Shown here one piece after another: positions 52,333 through 61,581 of a stretch of 64,000 bases of DNA. Source of the DNA: a virus (Duplodnaviria; Caudoviricetes); IMG/VR virus record IMGVR_UViG_3300031998_000017, positions 70,902 through 134,901 of that record, one strand, 5' to 3'. Numbering within the stretch: position 1 is the first letter of the stretch; the number at the start of each line of letters is the position of its first letter. Position numbers and translations under genes: made by a program. The notes under the pieces were generated by a model. The model was not told where the DNA came from. It ran no database searches and worked only from the letters and a program-made list of their open reading frames with translations.

Positions 52333-52408
52333 GGTTCTCTAGCTCAGTTGGTAGAGCGTTAGGCTGAAGACCTAAGCGTGCGGGGTTCGATTCCCTGGGG
52401 GACCACCA
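52333..52408 (+). tRNA. tRNA-Phe(GAA)
   Basis: CTGAAGA loop, CCA. Confidence 0.92.
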
Positions 52409-52446
52409 TATACCGGTGTGGCGGAATTGGCAGACGCAACGGACTT

Positions 52447-53198
52447 AGTTAATTTGAGCACCTAGATAGGAAACTTCTAGTGTGAATGATGGCTAATTCG
52501 GTGAAAGTCTTATTAAAGATAACGCCGAGCTAAAAATTTTGGGTAGACCTTTAAAAAAAGGTAGACGCGATTCTCATATTTATATGAGAGGAGAGATGTA
52601 TATGTTACAAAAATATACAAAAGAGTGACTTGAAGAATTATGCGCAGAAAGTTATTCACTTGCCGAAGTATTAAAAAAAGCAGGTAGAAAACCTGGAGGC
52701 GGTAATCAAGAAACTTTAAAAAAGAAAATTGCAGAATTTGGAATTGATATATCACATTTTACAGGACAACTTTGAAACAAAGGAAAGACAAAAGAAACTG
52801 ATAATAGAATTGCTAGTAAAGAACAATATCAATTAGAAGAAGTATTTTGTAAAGATAGCCTTGTTACACAAAAAATATTAAGAGGTTATGTTAAAAGACA
52901 TAATATAATAGAATATAAATGTCAATTTTGTGGATGTGATGGACATTGATTAGATACTGAAATTGCATTAGAGTTAGACCATATCAATGGAAATAATAAT
53001 GATAATAGAGTAGAAAATCTTAGATATTTATGTCCAAATTGTCATGCAACTACTGAAACATATAGAGGAAAAAATATTAAACCCAAAATAAATGTGTAGA
53101 GACTATATACCATCGACCTAAGGTTGTTAAAACTATGGTCAAGACATAGTCCAGACTACAACGCGGTTTCCGCGGCTATAGTAATATAGAGTAGTAAG
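52447..53198 (+). mobile_element. Group I self-splicing intron
   Basis: Follows exon U, ends in G; core-like segments AATTCGGTGAAA, AACGCCGAGC, GTAGAGACTA, AAGACATAGTCC. Confidence 0.88.
52602..53099 (+). CDS. Intron-encoded HNH homing endonuclease (165 aa, 3 TGA=Trp)
   Basis: SHFTGQL*NKG, CQFC, LELDHINGNNNDNRVENLRYLCPNCH. Confidence 0.88.
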
Positions 53199-53255
53199 AA
53201 AATCCGTCGAGCAGCGATGTTCATATGGGTTCAAGTCCCATCACCGGTACCATTT

Positions 53256-53340
53256 GCATTCGTGGCGTAATTGGTAGCCGCAACAGTCTTAGAAACTGTC
53301 GTCGAGAGGCGTGTAGGTTCGAGTCCTACCGGATGCACCA
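53256..53340 (+). tRNA. tRNA-Leu(TAG)
   Basis: CTTAGAA loop, long variable arm, CCA. Confidence 0.93.
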
Positions 53341-53343
53341 TAT

Positions 53344-53420
53344 AGCGGTATAGCTCAGATGGCTAGAGCAATGGATTCATACCCCATAGGTCGTAGGTTC
53401 GAGCCCTACTTCCGCTACCA
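53344..53420 (+). tRNA. tRNA-Met(CAT), elongator type
   Basis: TTCATAC loop, paired 1-72, CCA. Confidence 0.85.
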
Positions 53421-53464
53421 ATTTGTTTATTGATAATTTTAAAAAATTATTATATAATATATAT

Positions 53465-53537
53465 GTAAATATAGTTTAAGAGTAAAACAACTGCTTGATA
53501 CACAGTTATACAAGTTCAAATCTTGTTATTTGCGCTA
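53465..53537 (+). pseudogene. Degenerate tRNA-like element
   Basis: GTAAATA/TATTTGC acceptor, D arm, AACTG-CTTGATACA-CAGTT, ACAAG-TTCAAAT-CTTGT; no CCA. Confidence 0.5.
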
Positions 53538-53811
53538 TTCAAATTCTATCCTGATTGTATCTATGTGTTGCGGGATGTAGCATGTTCGTTACCTAAGGGA
53601 AACTATGGTAATATAGAGTAAAGTGTTAAGTGAAAGTCTTAAATGGAATGTGGCTAATTTAGAAATAAATTAGCGATGGTTGAAGGTGTGAAAGAGAAAG
53701 ATATTTAATTCTACAAGGGTGATGGAGGGAACGCCGGATACTACAAGTGCGGTGAGGCGCAGACAGATATACAACCCAGGTGGTAGAAAATATCTGTTTA
53801 GAATTATTTAT

Positions 53812-53889
53812 CCGGGCTTAGCTCAGTTTGGTTAGAGCACTTGCCTTACAAGCAAGGGGTCATTGGTTCGAGTCCATTAGCCCGGACCA
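53812..53889 (+). tRNA. tRNA-Val(TAC)
   Basis: CTTACAA loop, CCA. Confidence 0.92.
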
Positions 53890-53912
53890 TTAGTTAAAAA
53901 AGGAAGTCGATT

Positions 53913-54059
53913 ATGAAAAGGTCTTATAATGAGTTAGAACTATATGCTTATAGAAGATATGTTGTGTATAATTATTATAAACATAAAATAAGAGGACTTT
54001 ACTGGTATTATAAATATCAATATTATAAGAAAAAAGCATTGGCTTCCTTTTTAAAATAA
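53913..54059 (+). CDS. Small Tyr/Lys-rich hypothetical protein (48 aa)
   Basis: AAGGA RBS; open ATG to TAA between tRNAs. Confidence 0.4.
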   Translation: MKRSYNELELYAYRRYVVYNYYKHKIRGLYWYYKYQYYKKKALASFLK

Positions 54060-54065
54060 ATTTAT

Positions 54066-54142
54066 TGGGGCGTAGCGTAGTTTGGTAGCGCGCGTGGTTT
54101 GGGACCATGAGGTCGCAGGTTCAAATCCTGTCGCCCCAACCA
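54066..54142 (+). tRNA. tRNA-Pro(TGG)
   Basis: TTTGGGA loop, CCA. Confidence 0.93.
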
Positions 54143-54269
54143 GTGTTAATTAAGGTTTAGAAATTAGTAAGCATACTTGTATTCGCTTGAGTATGTGTAA
54201 ACTAAACGCTTGTAAAAAGTCAGTGCGGGAATAGTGCACCTGTGCTAAGTCTTACCTTTATATATATAT

Positions 54270-54345
54270 GCCCCGCTAGCTCAGCAGGTAGAGCATTTGA
54301 CTTTTAATCAAAGGGTCTGGAGTTCGAATCTCCAGCGGAGCACCA
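54270..54345 (+). tRNA. tRNA-Lys(TTT)
   Basis: CTTTTAA loop, CCA. Confidence 0.93.
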
Positions 54346-54352
54346 TAAGTTT

Positions 54353-54428
54353 GGGAGTTTAGCTCAGTCGGTAGAGCAATCGGCTGTTAACCGATGTGTC
54401 GCAGGTTCGAGCCCTGCATCTCCCGCCA
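54353..54428 (+). tRNA. tRNA-Asn(GTT)
   Basis: CTGTTAA loop, G73, CCA. Confidence 0.93.
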
Positions 54429-54461
54429 TTTTAGTAGAGCAGAGAATTTGGGGGTAAAATT

Positions 54462-54683
54462 ATGACACTAGAACAATTAAAAACTGCATCACTAGTTGAT
54501 TTAATGACATATGTAGATAAAGCTAACGATAAAGCTGAAATTAACTGTATTATATTTGAATTGGCATGCAGAACATATGTTCCTTTCTCAGGAGTTAACT
54601 TTGATGATTTACTATTATCATATGGTTACCAAAAACCTGTAAAAGAAAATAATAAAGGAACAGCAAGAAAAATTAATAAATAG
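54462..54683 (+). CDS. Hypothetical protein
   Basis: ORF between tRNAs with G-rich RBS. Confidence 0.6.
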   Translation: MTLEQLKTASLVDLMTYVDKANDKAEINCIIFELACRTYVPFSGVNFDDLLLSYGYQKPVKENNKGTARKINK

Positions 54684-54712
54684 AGCAATATAAGCGAATT
54701 GAATGATATTAT

Positions 54713-54797
54713 GGGAGTGTAATCCGTTAAGGAGACGGGGCAGACTGTAAATCTGTTGTTAGCGCTCGAGTGGGTTCGATTCCCTCAACTCCCACCA
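54713..54797 (+). tRNA. tRNA-Tyr(GTA)
   Basis: GCAGA-CTGTAAA-TCTGT, CCA. Confidence 0.88.
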
Positions 54798-54827
54798 TAA
54801 GTTATTCAAAAATAAGATGGCGCGTTA

Positions 54828-54869
54828 TCCTAGTTTACAGCAAATTATTGCTATTGAAAAAATCTAGGG
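54828..54869 (+). ncRNA. CAGCAA stem element E7 (minimal)
   Basis: TCCTAG/CTAGGG stem, ACAGCAA at 54837. Confidence 0.5.
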
Positions 54870-55096
54870 CGTATTTAATAAAAACTTAAAGTGTAGACTA
54901 AGTGGCAATCAAGTCGCGGGAGGCGGATTAGCCGACCACCGCCGCAAGGTTAAAACGAAAGTGCAACTCTGGTAACGGAATGTCCCTTGTGAGGAAATCT
55001 AACTTGACCTAAGCTGCAAGATTATTTTTATTAAAGCCATCTAATTTTTTTGACAAAAAGGAAAAATTTTGATATAATAAATATATAAAAATGAAA

Positions 55097-55274
55097 TAGA
55101 CAAGAGAACAGCAAAATATCTGATACTTAAGCAGAGATGAAAATGGAAATTTAGTAAAAATTACAATTTTCGAGGCAGGGCTAACGCCGTTTAACTGTTA
55201 GCGTAGACTCTTGTATATGTTTGGAATATTGGTATGCAAGTCAACGAAAGATTGAACATATTCTTCTTGTCTAG
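55097..55274 (+). ncRNA. CAGCAA stem element E8
   Basis: TAGACAAGA/TCTTGTCTA stem, ACAGCAA at 55108; own promoter TTGACA-N17-TATAAT at about 55050-55078. Confidence 0.65.
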
Positions 55275-55414
55275 ATTTTTCATTCAATTCCCTTTCCGGG
55301 CTCTACTATGCTTTAGTAGAGCTCTATTTTTATTTGTTGACTTTTTTTAAAAATTATTATATAATATATATGTATTAAAAATAAATCTTGAAAAAGATTA
55401 AAGGAGGAATTACA

Positions 55415-56974
55415 ATGGGAAATACATTATTACAATCTTTAATAGAAGATAATAACTACAAGCGCACAGAAAATGGTGCAGTAGCTCAAAAATCTACATT
55501 AAACGCAATATATGACTTATTTGCATTAGGCGGAGCATATAGAACTCGTTCAGATGATGACTGTATCTTCTTATTTAAAAAAGCATTTGAAGCTGATAGA
55601 ACATTAGCTATGAAATGTTTATTCTATCTTCGTGATATTCGCGGTGGTCAAGGTGAAAGAAGATTCTTTAGAGTTTGCTTTGATTGGCTAGCTAAAGAAT
55701 ATCCAGAAGTAGCATTTAAAAATATCGACAATGTACCAGAATATGGTAGATGGGACGATTTGTATACACTAGTTGGTTCACCTCTTGAAGCAGATGTATT
55801 TGACTTTATGAAAGCACAACTTATGAAAGATATACATTCATATGATAGAGGAGAAAAAGAGGGAGTATCACTTTTAGCTAAATGGTTAAAATCTGAAAAT
55901 ACTTCATCTGTTGAATCTAAGAAACTAGGTAATTTAACTAGAAAATGGTTCCGTCTAAGCCACAAATCATATAGACAAATCTTATCTAGATTGAGAAATA
56001 GAATCAACATTGTTGAAACACTAATGTCTCAAAATAGATGGGACGAAATAGAGTTTGAAAAGTTGCCATCAAAAGCTGGTTTAATATACAGAAACGCATT
56101 CGCGCATAATGATGTTACAGCTGAAAGATATGCAAACTTCATGACAGATAAAGATACTAAGGTTAATGCCGGAACTCTTTATCCATATGATATTGTTAAC
56201 AAAGTAACTAACAAACTAAGCTGGAGAAGCCTAAATCTTGATGCTGTTGAAAGAGCAACAATCAACAAATATTGGGAAAATCAAATTGATTATTTCAATG
56301 GCGCTGATTGCAAAATGCTAGCAGTAGTAGATACATCAGGTTCAATGGATAGCTCTTATGGAACTTCTGTTAAACCTATTGATGTAGCTATCTCTCTAGG
56401 TATGTATTGCGCTGAACGCATTCAAGGTGCTTTCCATGGTTATTACATTAGCTTCGCTAGCAGACCACAACTAGTTGCTGTAAACGGAGTAGATTTCTGT
56501 GATAAGGTTAAAAGAATTTACGAAACGAATCTTTGCGACAACACTAACTTAATTGCAGTATTCGACTTACTTTACAATAAAGTAACTAGCGGACAAGCTA
56601 GAGTTGAAGACTTACCAGACAAACTTGTAATCATTTCCGATATGGAAATTGACCAAGGATGTGGTTACTACTGGAATAACAACGGTAGCGCAATTACTGA
56701 TATGGAACGCGTTAGAGCTAAATGGGAAAGAGCAGGATTAAAAATGCCACAACTTGTTTATTGGAATGTAGCAGCAAGACATGACACAATCTTAGAAGAT
56801 GCTAATAATCAAGATATAACATTTGTATCTGGATGCTCACCAGTTATCTTCAAATCTGTTCTAACAGGTAAAACATCTATCGACTTAATGCTAGATATAT
56901 TAAACAGCGAAAGATATTCAAGAGTCGAAGGTGAAGCTGAAGGCGGATATCCATCAATGTATATACATAAATAA
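55415..56974 (+). CDS. Ro60/TROVE-related protein with C-terminal vWA domain (DUF2828-like)
   Basis: RTENGA, LFYLRDIRGGQGERR, YGRWDDL, AKWL, vWA MIDAS VVDTSGSM, ISDME, VYWNV, VSG.SP. Confidence 0.85.
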   Translation: MGNTLLQSLIEDNNYKRTENGAVAQKSTLNAIYDLFALGGAYRTRSDDDCIFLFKKAFEADRTLAMKCLFYLRDIRGGQGERRFFRVCFDWLAKEYPEVAFKNIDNVPEYGRWDDLYTLVGSPLEADVFDFMKAQLMKDIHSYDRGEKEGVSLLAKWLKSENTSSVESKKLGNLTRKWFRLSHKSYRQILSRLRNRINIVETLMSQNRWDEIEFEKLPSKAGLIYRNAFAHNDVTAERYANFMTDKDTKVNAGTLYPYDIVNKVTNKLSWRSLNLDAVERATINKYWENQIDYFNGADCKMLAVVDTSGSMDSSYGTSVKPIDVAISLGMYCAERIQGAFHGYYISFASRPQLVAVNGVDFCDKVKRIYETNLCDNTNLIAVFDLLYNKVTSGQARVEDLPDKLVIISDMEIDQGCGYYWNNNGSAITDMERVRAKWERAGLKMPQLVYWNVAARHDTILEDANNQDITFVSGCSPVIFKSVLTGKTSIDLMLDILNSERYSRVEGEAEGGYPSMYIHK

Positions 56975-56982
56975 TAAATAAT

Positions 56983-57009
56983 TAAGAGGCGGGAAACCGC
57001 CTCTTTTTT
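56983..57009 (+). terminator. Intrinsic terminator
   Basis: AAGAGGCGG-GAAA-CCGCCTCTT followed by T-tract. Confidence 0.9.
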
Positions 57010-57062
57010 GATTTTAAATAAAAATAATGATATAATTATTATATAAAAGAAAGGGTGATAAT

Positions 57063-57299
57063 ATGAAAGATTTTGAATTAGAACAAATGGAATTGGATTT
57101 AAAAGAACTAGAAAAAGAGATTTTAGAAAAAAAGTATGAATTAATTTTTGACAAAACAGGACTTCAACCTAGCGAGATAAAAATTAGTAACTTTTGGGAT
57201 TGTGATAAATCTCCTATTGGATATTGCGTTTATGATAAAATAGAAGACCCTGCATGTGATTGCTGCGTTTTCTGTGGTGCGCCAGATGAAAGAAAATAG
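57063..57299 (+). CDS. Small Cys-rich hypothetical protein
   Basis: CDKSPIGYC...CDCCVFCGAPDERK. Confidence 0.7.
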   Translation: MKDFELEQMELDLKELEKEILEKKYELIFDKTGLQPSEIKISNFWDCDKSPIGYCVYDKIEDPACDCCVFCGAPDERK

Positions 57300-57307
57300 G
57301 AGGAAAT

Positions 57308-57559
57308 ATGAAAAAGATTTGTCAAACAATTAAGTTAAGAAAATTAAAAACTGAATTAACAAAAGATAGCTTAAAAAATTGGGAAGGGCATGAATTCTAT
57401 ATTCTTTATGACAACCAAACTTGGGAACATGCTTTATGTAAAGAAGAAGTATTAAGAGCTATTGAAAAAGACCATATTAAGTCTATTCATTATATATTTG
57501 ATGCAACCGATAGAATAATTTTAAATAGAGATATAAAAATAGATATAAGTAAAATATAG
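57308..57559 (+). CDS. Hypothetical protein
   Basis: GGAGG RBS. Confidence 0.65.
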   Translation: MKKICQTIKLRKLKTELTKDSLKNWEGHEFYILYDNQTWEHALCKEEVLRAIEKDHIKSIHYIFDATDRIILNRDIKIDISKI

Positions 57560-57572
57560 GAGGGGGATTAAA

Positions 57573-57821
57573 ATGTTGAAAATAATTTATAAAAGGGAAC
57601 CGTTTTATACTGATAATGGTATCAATGACCCAACTACAACTAATTTGGAAATTGAATTTGAACAAGATTGCACTTATACCGAAATGATTGCAAAGTTTAT
57701 GCAAGTGCTAGAATTTATGACTTTTCCTAAACCTTCAAAGACAAGTTGGGAGCATATGATGGATGCTCTAATATGGGAAGGGAAAATAGAAGATGATACA
57801 AAAGAGGAAGGGGAAGAATAA
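57573..57821 (+). CDS. Hypothetical protein
   Basis: GGAGG RBS. Confidence 0.65.
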   Translation: MLKIIYKREPFYTDNGINDPTTTNLEIEFEQDCTYTEMIAKFMQVLEFMTFPKPSKTSWEHMMDALIWEGKIEDDTKEEGEE

Positions 57822-57822
57822 T

Positions 57823-58065
57823 ATGACAGAGGAATTAATAAGAAATATTCAAGAACATATAGAAGATAGTTACAAGATTAAAGAAGAAATAATTGCTCAT
57901 ATGGATTATCATATGTTTGTTGCAAAAATAAATGAAAAAGAAAGTGCAACTGATATATTAGATAGTATATTGTTTGCTATTGGTAAAACAGCAGATGATT
58001 TAATTATTAAAGATGAGCATGAATTAATAGATTTAATATATAGCAAAATGGATTGGCTAGGTTAG
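57823..58065 (+). CDS. Hypothetical protein
   Basis: Coupled ORF. Confidence 0.6.
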   Translation: MTEELIRNIQEHIEDSYKIKEEIIAHMDYHMFVAKINEKESATDILDSILFAIGKTADDLIIKDEHELIDLIYSKMDWLG

Positions 58066-58075
58066 GAGGTTTTTT

Positions 58076-58324
58076 ATGGACATAGAAGATATATTTGTTG
58101 GGGTTGCCGCAACAATGATATTATTGCTAGGAATAGTAGGAATATATGTTATAATATTTGGAAGCCCTTGCGCATCAATTTATGAATATACAGATTTAGA
58201 TAATAATATAGCTCAAGCAGAAAGTTGTTGGAGTGGAAGAGGTGGACTAGTTTGTGAAACTTTTGATGGAACAACTGTTCAAGTTAAGAATTATAAAATT
58301 GTAGGTTCAAAATGTAACAAATAA
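58076..58324 (+). CDS. Small membrane-anchored protein
   Basis: N-terminal hydrophobic helix, GGAGG RBS. Confidence 0.65.
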   Translation: MDIEDIFVGVAATMILLLGIVGIYVIIFGSPCASIYEYTDLDNNIAQAESCWSGRGGLVCETFDGTTVQVKNYKIVGSKCNK

Positions 58325-58399
58325 GCACTTTAAGTGCTTTTTTGATTTTTAATAAAATAAATGATATAATTTATATATAAATGAAAGGAGGACAATAAA

Positions 58400-59104
58400 A
58401 TGGAAAGATGGTTCGTTACAGGAGATTGCCATGGAAATTTTAATCGAGTTATTCAATTTATACAAAAGTTCGATTTAGGAGAAGGCGATAATATAATTGT
58501 TTGCGGCGATATGGGGCTATATTGGCTTAAAAGTCAAGCAGACGCAAAAGAACATATCAAGACATATGAAGCAATGTGTCATGGAGTTAATTTATATTGG
58601 ATAGATGGAAACCACGAAAATTTTGATATAATCAAGACATTTGGTAAAGAACCATATAATTGTTCTCCACATATTATTTATATGCCAAGAGGTAGCGTGT
58701 TAAAAACATCTATTGGTAAAATGTTATTTATGGGTGGCGCTGATAGTGTTGATAAATATTGGAGAGAAGAACATATTAGTTGGTGGAAAGAAGAAAGAAT
58801 TACTGAAGATGACATAAAAGGTATTACAGGGCATTATAATTATGTATTTAGTCACTGTTGTCCTTATGACATTTTTGTAAATAATAAAGCGCACTTATGC
58901 ACATTAAATAATATCAATGAAAAAGTTGCTATTCACGATAGTGAAAAAGTATTAGAGCAATTAAAGAATAACATTACATATGGCTATTGGTTTTTTGGTC
59001 ACTACCATGTAGATGCACATATGTGGCCTACTAATAGTGAACCAACTCAAGAAAGATGCGTATATAATGATTTTGTTGAAATCAGTATGGGAAATCCTGA
59101 ATAA
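58400..59104 (+). CDS. Metallophosphoesterase
   Basis: GDCHG, CGDMG, DGNHEN, GGADSVD, FGHYH. Confidence 0.9.
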   Translation: MERWFVTGDCHGNFNRVIQFIQKFDLGEGDNIIVCGDMGLYWLKSQADAKEHIKTYEAMCHGVNLYWIDGNHENFDIIKTFGKEPYNCSPHIIYMPRGSVLKTSIGKMLFMGGADSVDKYWREEHISWWKEERITEDDIKGITGHYNYVFSHCCPYDIFVNNKAHLCTLNNINEKVAIHDSEKVLEQLKNNITYGYWFFGHYHVDAHMWPTNSEPTQERCVYNDFVEISMGNPE

Positions 59105-59116
59105 GAGGAGGAAGAA

Positions 59117-59554
59117 ATGGAATTAAAAATTGGAGATTTTGTAAGAGATAAATGGGGGCATATAGGTCAAATTAAATCATTTGAAACTGCGTATGACTTT
59201 ACTGCATATACAGACGGAACACTTAGCGACCCAGAGGAAGAACCCATAGTTTTTCTTACAACATATAATCATTACGGGGATGAGCCTGATGAAATGGTTA
59301 TTGACAACATAGTTGAAAAAGCTGATAATATATTAGATTTACTTAAACCAAATGATTTAATTCTTATAGATATAGATAATGGATTTGCAGGTGGGCTTGT
59401 AGTTCCACGCATTCCTGAAACACAAGCAGAATTAGATAAAATAGTAAACAGTTTTAGAACTGGGTATAATACATTTGCAGGTGTTATTGGTTGTGAGAGT
59501 TGGATGCATGATATTGAGTGGACTCCCGAGTATCATAATTATTGGGGCGATTAA
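59117..59554 (+). CDS. Hypothetical protein
   Basis: GAGGAGG RBS. Confidence 0.65.
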   Translation: MELKIGDFVRDKWGHIGQIKSFETAYDFTAYTDGTLSDPEEEPIVFLTTYNHYGDEPDEMVIDNIVEKADNILDLLKPNDLILIDIDNGFAGGLVVPRIPETQAELDKIVNSFRTGYNTFAGVIGCESWMHDIEWTPEYHNYWGD

Positions 59555-59793
59555 AGCCTCTTTTTTGATTTTTAATAAAATAAATGATATAATATATATG
59601 TAATAAATAAAGGAAGGGATTGATAAATATGAAAAAAATAATGTTAATATTAAAGGAAAAACATGCAAATGGGCATTGGAGTAAGTTTTTATTACCAAGA
59701 GCAATTGTTAATAATAAAGAAGTAAAAATAGTTAGATGGTTAAATTTTTATCCAGTATCTAAACAGAAATAATTGGAAAGGGAAGTGATTATT

Positions 59794-61581
59794 ATGTTAA
59801 GAATTCAAACTTTAGTAGATAAATTAGGTAAAGAATATGAACCTATGATAAATCAAATTAAAATAGCAGAGTTTACAAAAACTATTGCGCAACTATCTAA
59901 TATGCAAGTAGATAGAGTTCCTGACCAAGTAATAGAAGAATATTTAACACATTGGGCTATTAACAAGTTTCGTTTCTTTAAAATGCTTGGAAATAAAACT
60001 CGTGTAGATATACCTTTTATTTATGAAGATGAAACAAAAGATACTTGGCAAGAGATGAGAGAATTAATCCCAGATTATCCAGCATATGCGCCTTGGATAT
60101 ATGAAATGTCTAATTTTAAGACTAATAAAATAGATGCTAGTAAATGGGATTGGCGCGATAAGATAATGGAATATTTAGAGGAGATAATTAAAGACGGTCC
60201 AGTTAGAAGAGTATTATCTGATATGTCTATTACTACATTTTTTAAAAGACAATTAAAAGCACCAGATGACCTAGTTACTAAAATAGGGCGTATATATGAA
60301 AATGAAGAAATTAATGCTACATTCACTATTTCTATTGACCCTGTTGATATGATGATGGCTAGTGAAAATCCATATAAATGGACTTCTTGTTATAGACTTG
60401 AATTAATGAGTGATTCACATGCTGATGGTTGCTTAGCCGCAGTATTAGATTCTAGCTCTTTAATAACTTATGTATGGAATAATAAGGGTAAATATAACCT
60501 ATATGGAAATTTTGATATGAAGGAAATCCGCTATTATAGAATGCGTGAATGGATTTGTATAAGTGATAATTTTGCTACTATTCACTTTAACGCAATCTAT
60601 CCGGGTAAGTCTAATTATAGCCAAGACCTAGAAAAGAAATATAGAAATGTTGTTGAAACATTTGTTGCTAAAGCAATGTTCCCAGATGTAGAAAATATAT
60701 GGGCTAAAACTGATGATGCCTATTGTGAGAGAGAAAATCCATATGGTTATGGAGAATTTAGCGAGTCATATATGTGGACATTAAAGGGACAAAAATCTCA
60801 AAGTATTAGAGCATATGATAGAGATATTACATGTCCTTGTGGATGTGGATGCACAGTTCCAGGAACTGATGATGGTGACGATGGATTAGAATATAATGGA
60901 GACGGATACACATATGAAAATATGGTAGAGCGCTATTGGTGTGATAGAATTGATGACTATTGTGACGACCAAGACTGCGAATATTGTTCAGCATGGCGTA
61001 GAGATAATGCAGTATGTGAATTAGATGAAAATGAATATTGCGAAGATACATATGAAGCAGAAGCAGAGGGATGTTTTGATGCTGATGAAAGTAGAATAGT
61101 TAGTTGTGGAAGCCATTGTGAAGGATGTCCATTATATAAATTACATCATTCAGATGAAGACGAGGAAGAGGACGAGGAAGAATCTACGGCTCATCCTCAA
61201 GAAACTGTCAATACAACAAATGAATTGAGAGTAACAGACTCTGATATATCAACAGTAGGACAAAATCTACTTCAACCAAGTCCTTCTGTTGTTGGGATAG
61301 ATGCAATTAGAGATATGTTAGGAATAATTAGTTATTCATCAAATTATAAACTTGCAATGAGTACCGTCACTAAGCAAAAACTTATAGAAAGTTTTAATGT
61401 AAATGTTACTTCTATTCCGCTTAGTACTTGGTATGGAATTCCAGTTCAAATAGATGAATCTATTCTTGATGATTATATATATCTTTATAAAGAAATTAGT
61501 TATAATAATTATTCAAGTTGGAACACTTTTGGCATTAGTTTTACAAATGTTCTAACTCTTGATAGAGTAATGAAACTTTAA
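59794..61581 (+). CDS. Hypothetical protein with acidic Cys-rich central region
   Basis: ISIDPVDMMMAS...WTSC, CPCGC and multiple CxxC within a D/E-rich tract. Confidence 0.7.
   Translation: MLRIQTLVDKLGKEYEPMINQIKIAEFTKTIAQLSNMQVDRVPDQVIEEYLTHWAINKFRFFKMLGNKTRVDIPFIYEDETKDTWQEMRELIPDYPAYAPWIYEMSNFKTNKIDASKWDWRDKIMEYLEEIIKDGPVRRVLSDMSITTFFKRQLKAPDDLVTKIGRIYENEEINATFTISIDPVDMMMASENPYKWTSCYRLELMSDSHADGCLAAVLDSSSLITYVWNNKGKYNLYGNFDMKEIRYYRMREWICISDNFATIHFNAIYPGKSNYSQDLEKKYRNVVETFVAKAMFPDVENIWAKTDDAYCERENPYGYGEFSESYMWTLKGQKSQSIRAYDRDITCPCGCGCTVPGTDDGDDGLEYNGDGYTYENMVERYWCDRIDDYCDDQDCEYCSAWRRDNAVCELDENEYCEDTYEAEAEGCFDADESRIVSCGSHCEGCPLYKLHHSDEDEEEDEEESTAHPQETVNTTNELRVTDSDISTVGQNLLQPSPSVVGIDAIRDMLGIISYSSNYKLAMSTVTKQKLIESFNVNVTSIPLSTWYGIPVQIDESILDDYIYLYKEISYNNYSSWNTFGISFTNVLTLDRVMKL

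Larger units (their letters stand above)
52412..53252 (+). tRNA. tRNA-Leu(TAA), split by a group I intron (exons 52412-52446, 53199-53252)
   Basis: Spliced anticodon arm ACGGA-CTT^AAAA-TCCGT; acceptor ACCGGTG/CACCGGT; CCA. Confidence 0.9.

Noticed and set aside
44483-54108. Track ORFs at 44483, 45218, 45357, 47473, 47821, 50336, 51315, 52185, 52513 and 53911
   Set aside because: They overlap tRNA, tmRNA or intron sequences, or better ORFs on the other strand.
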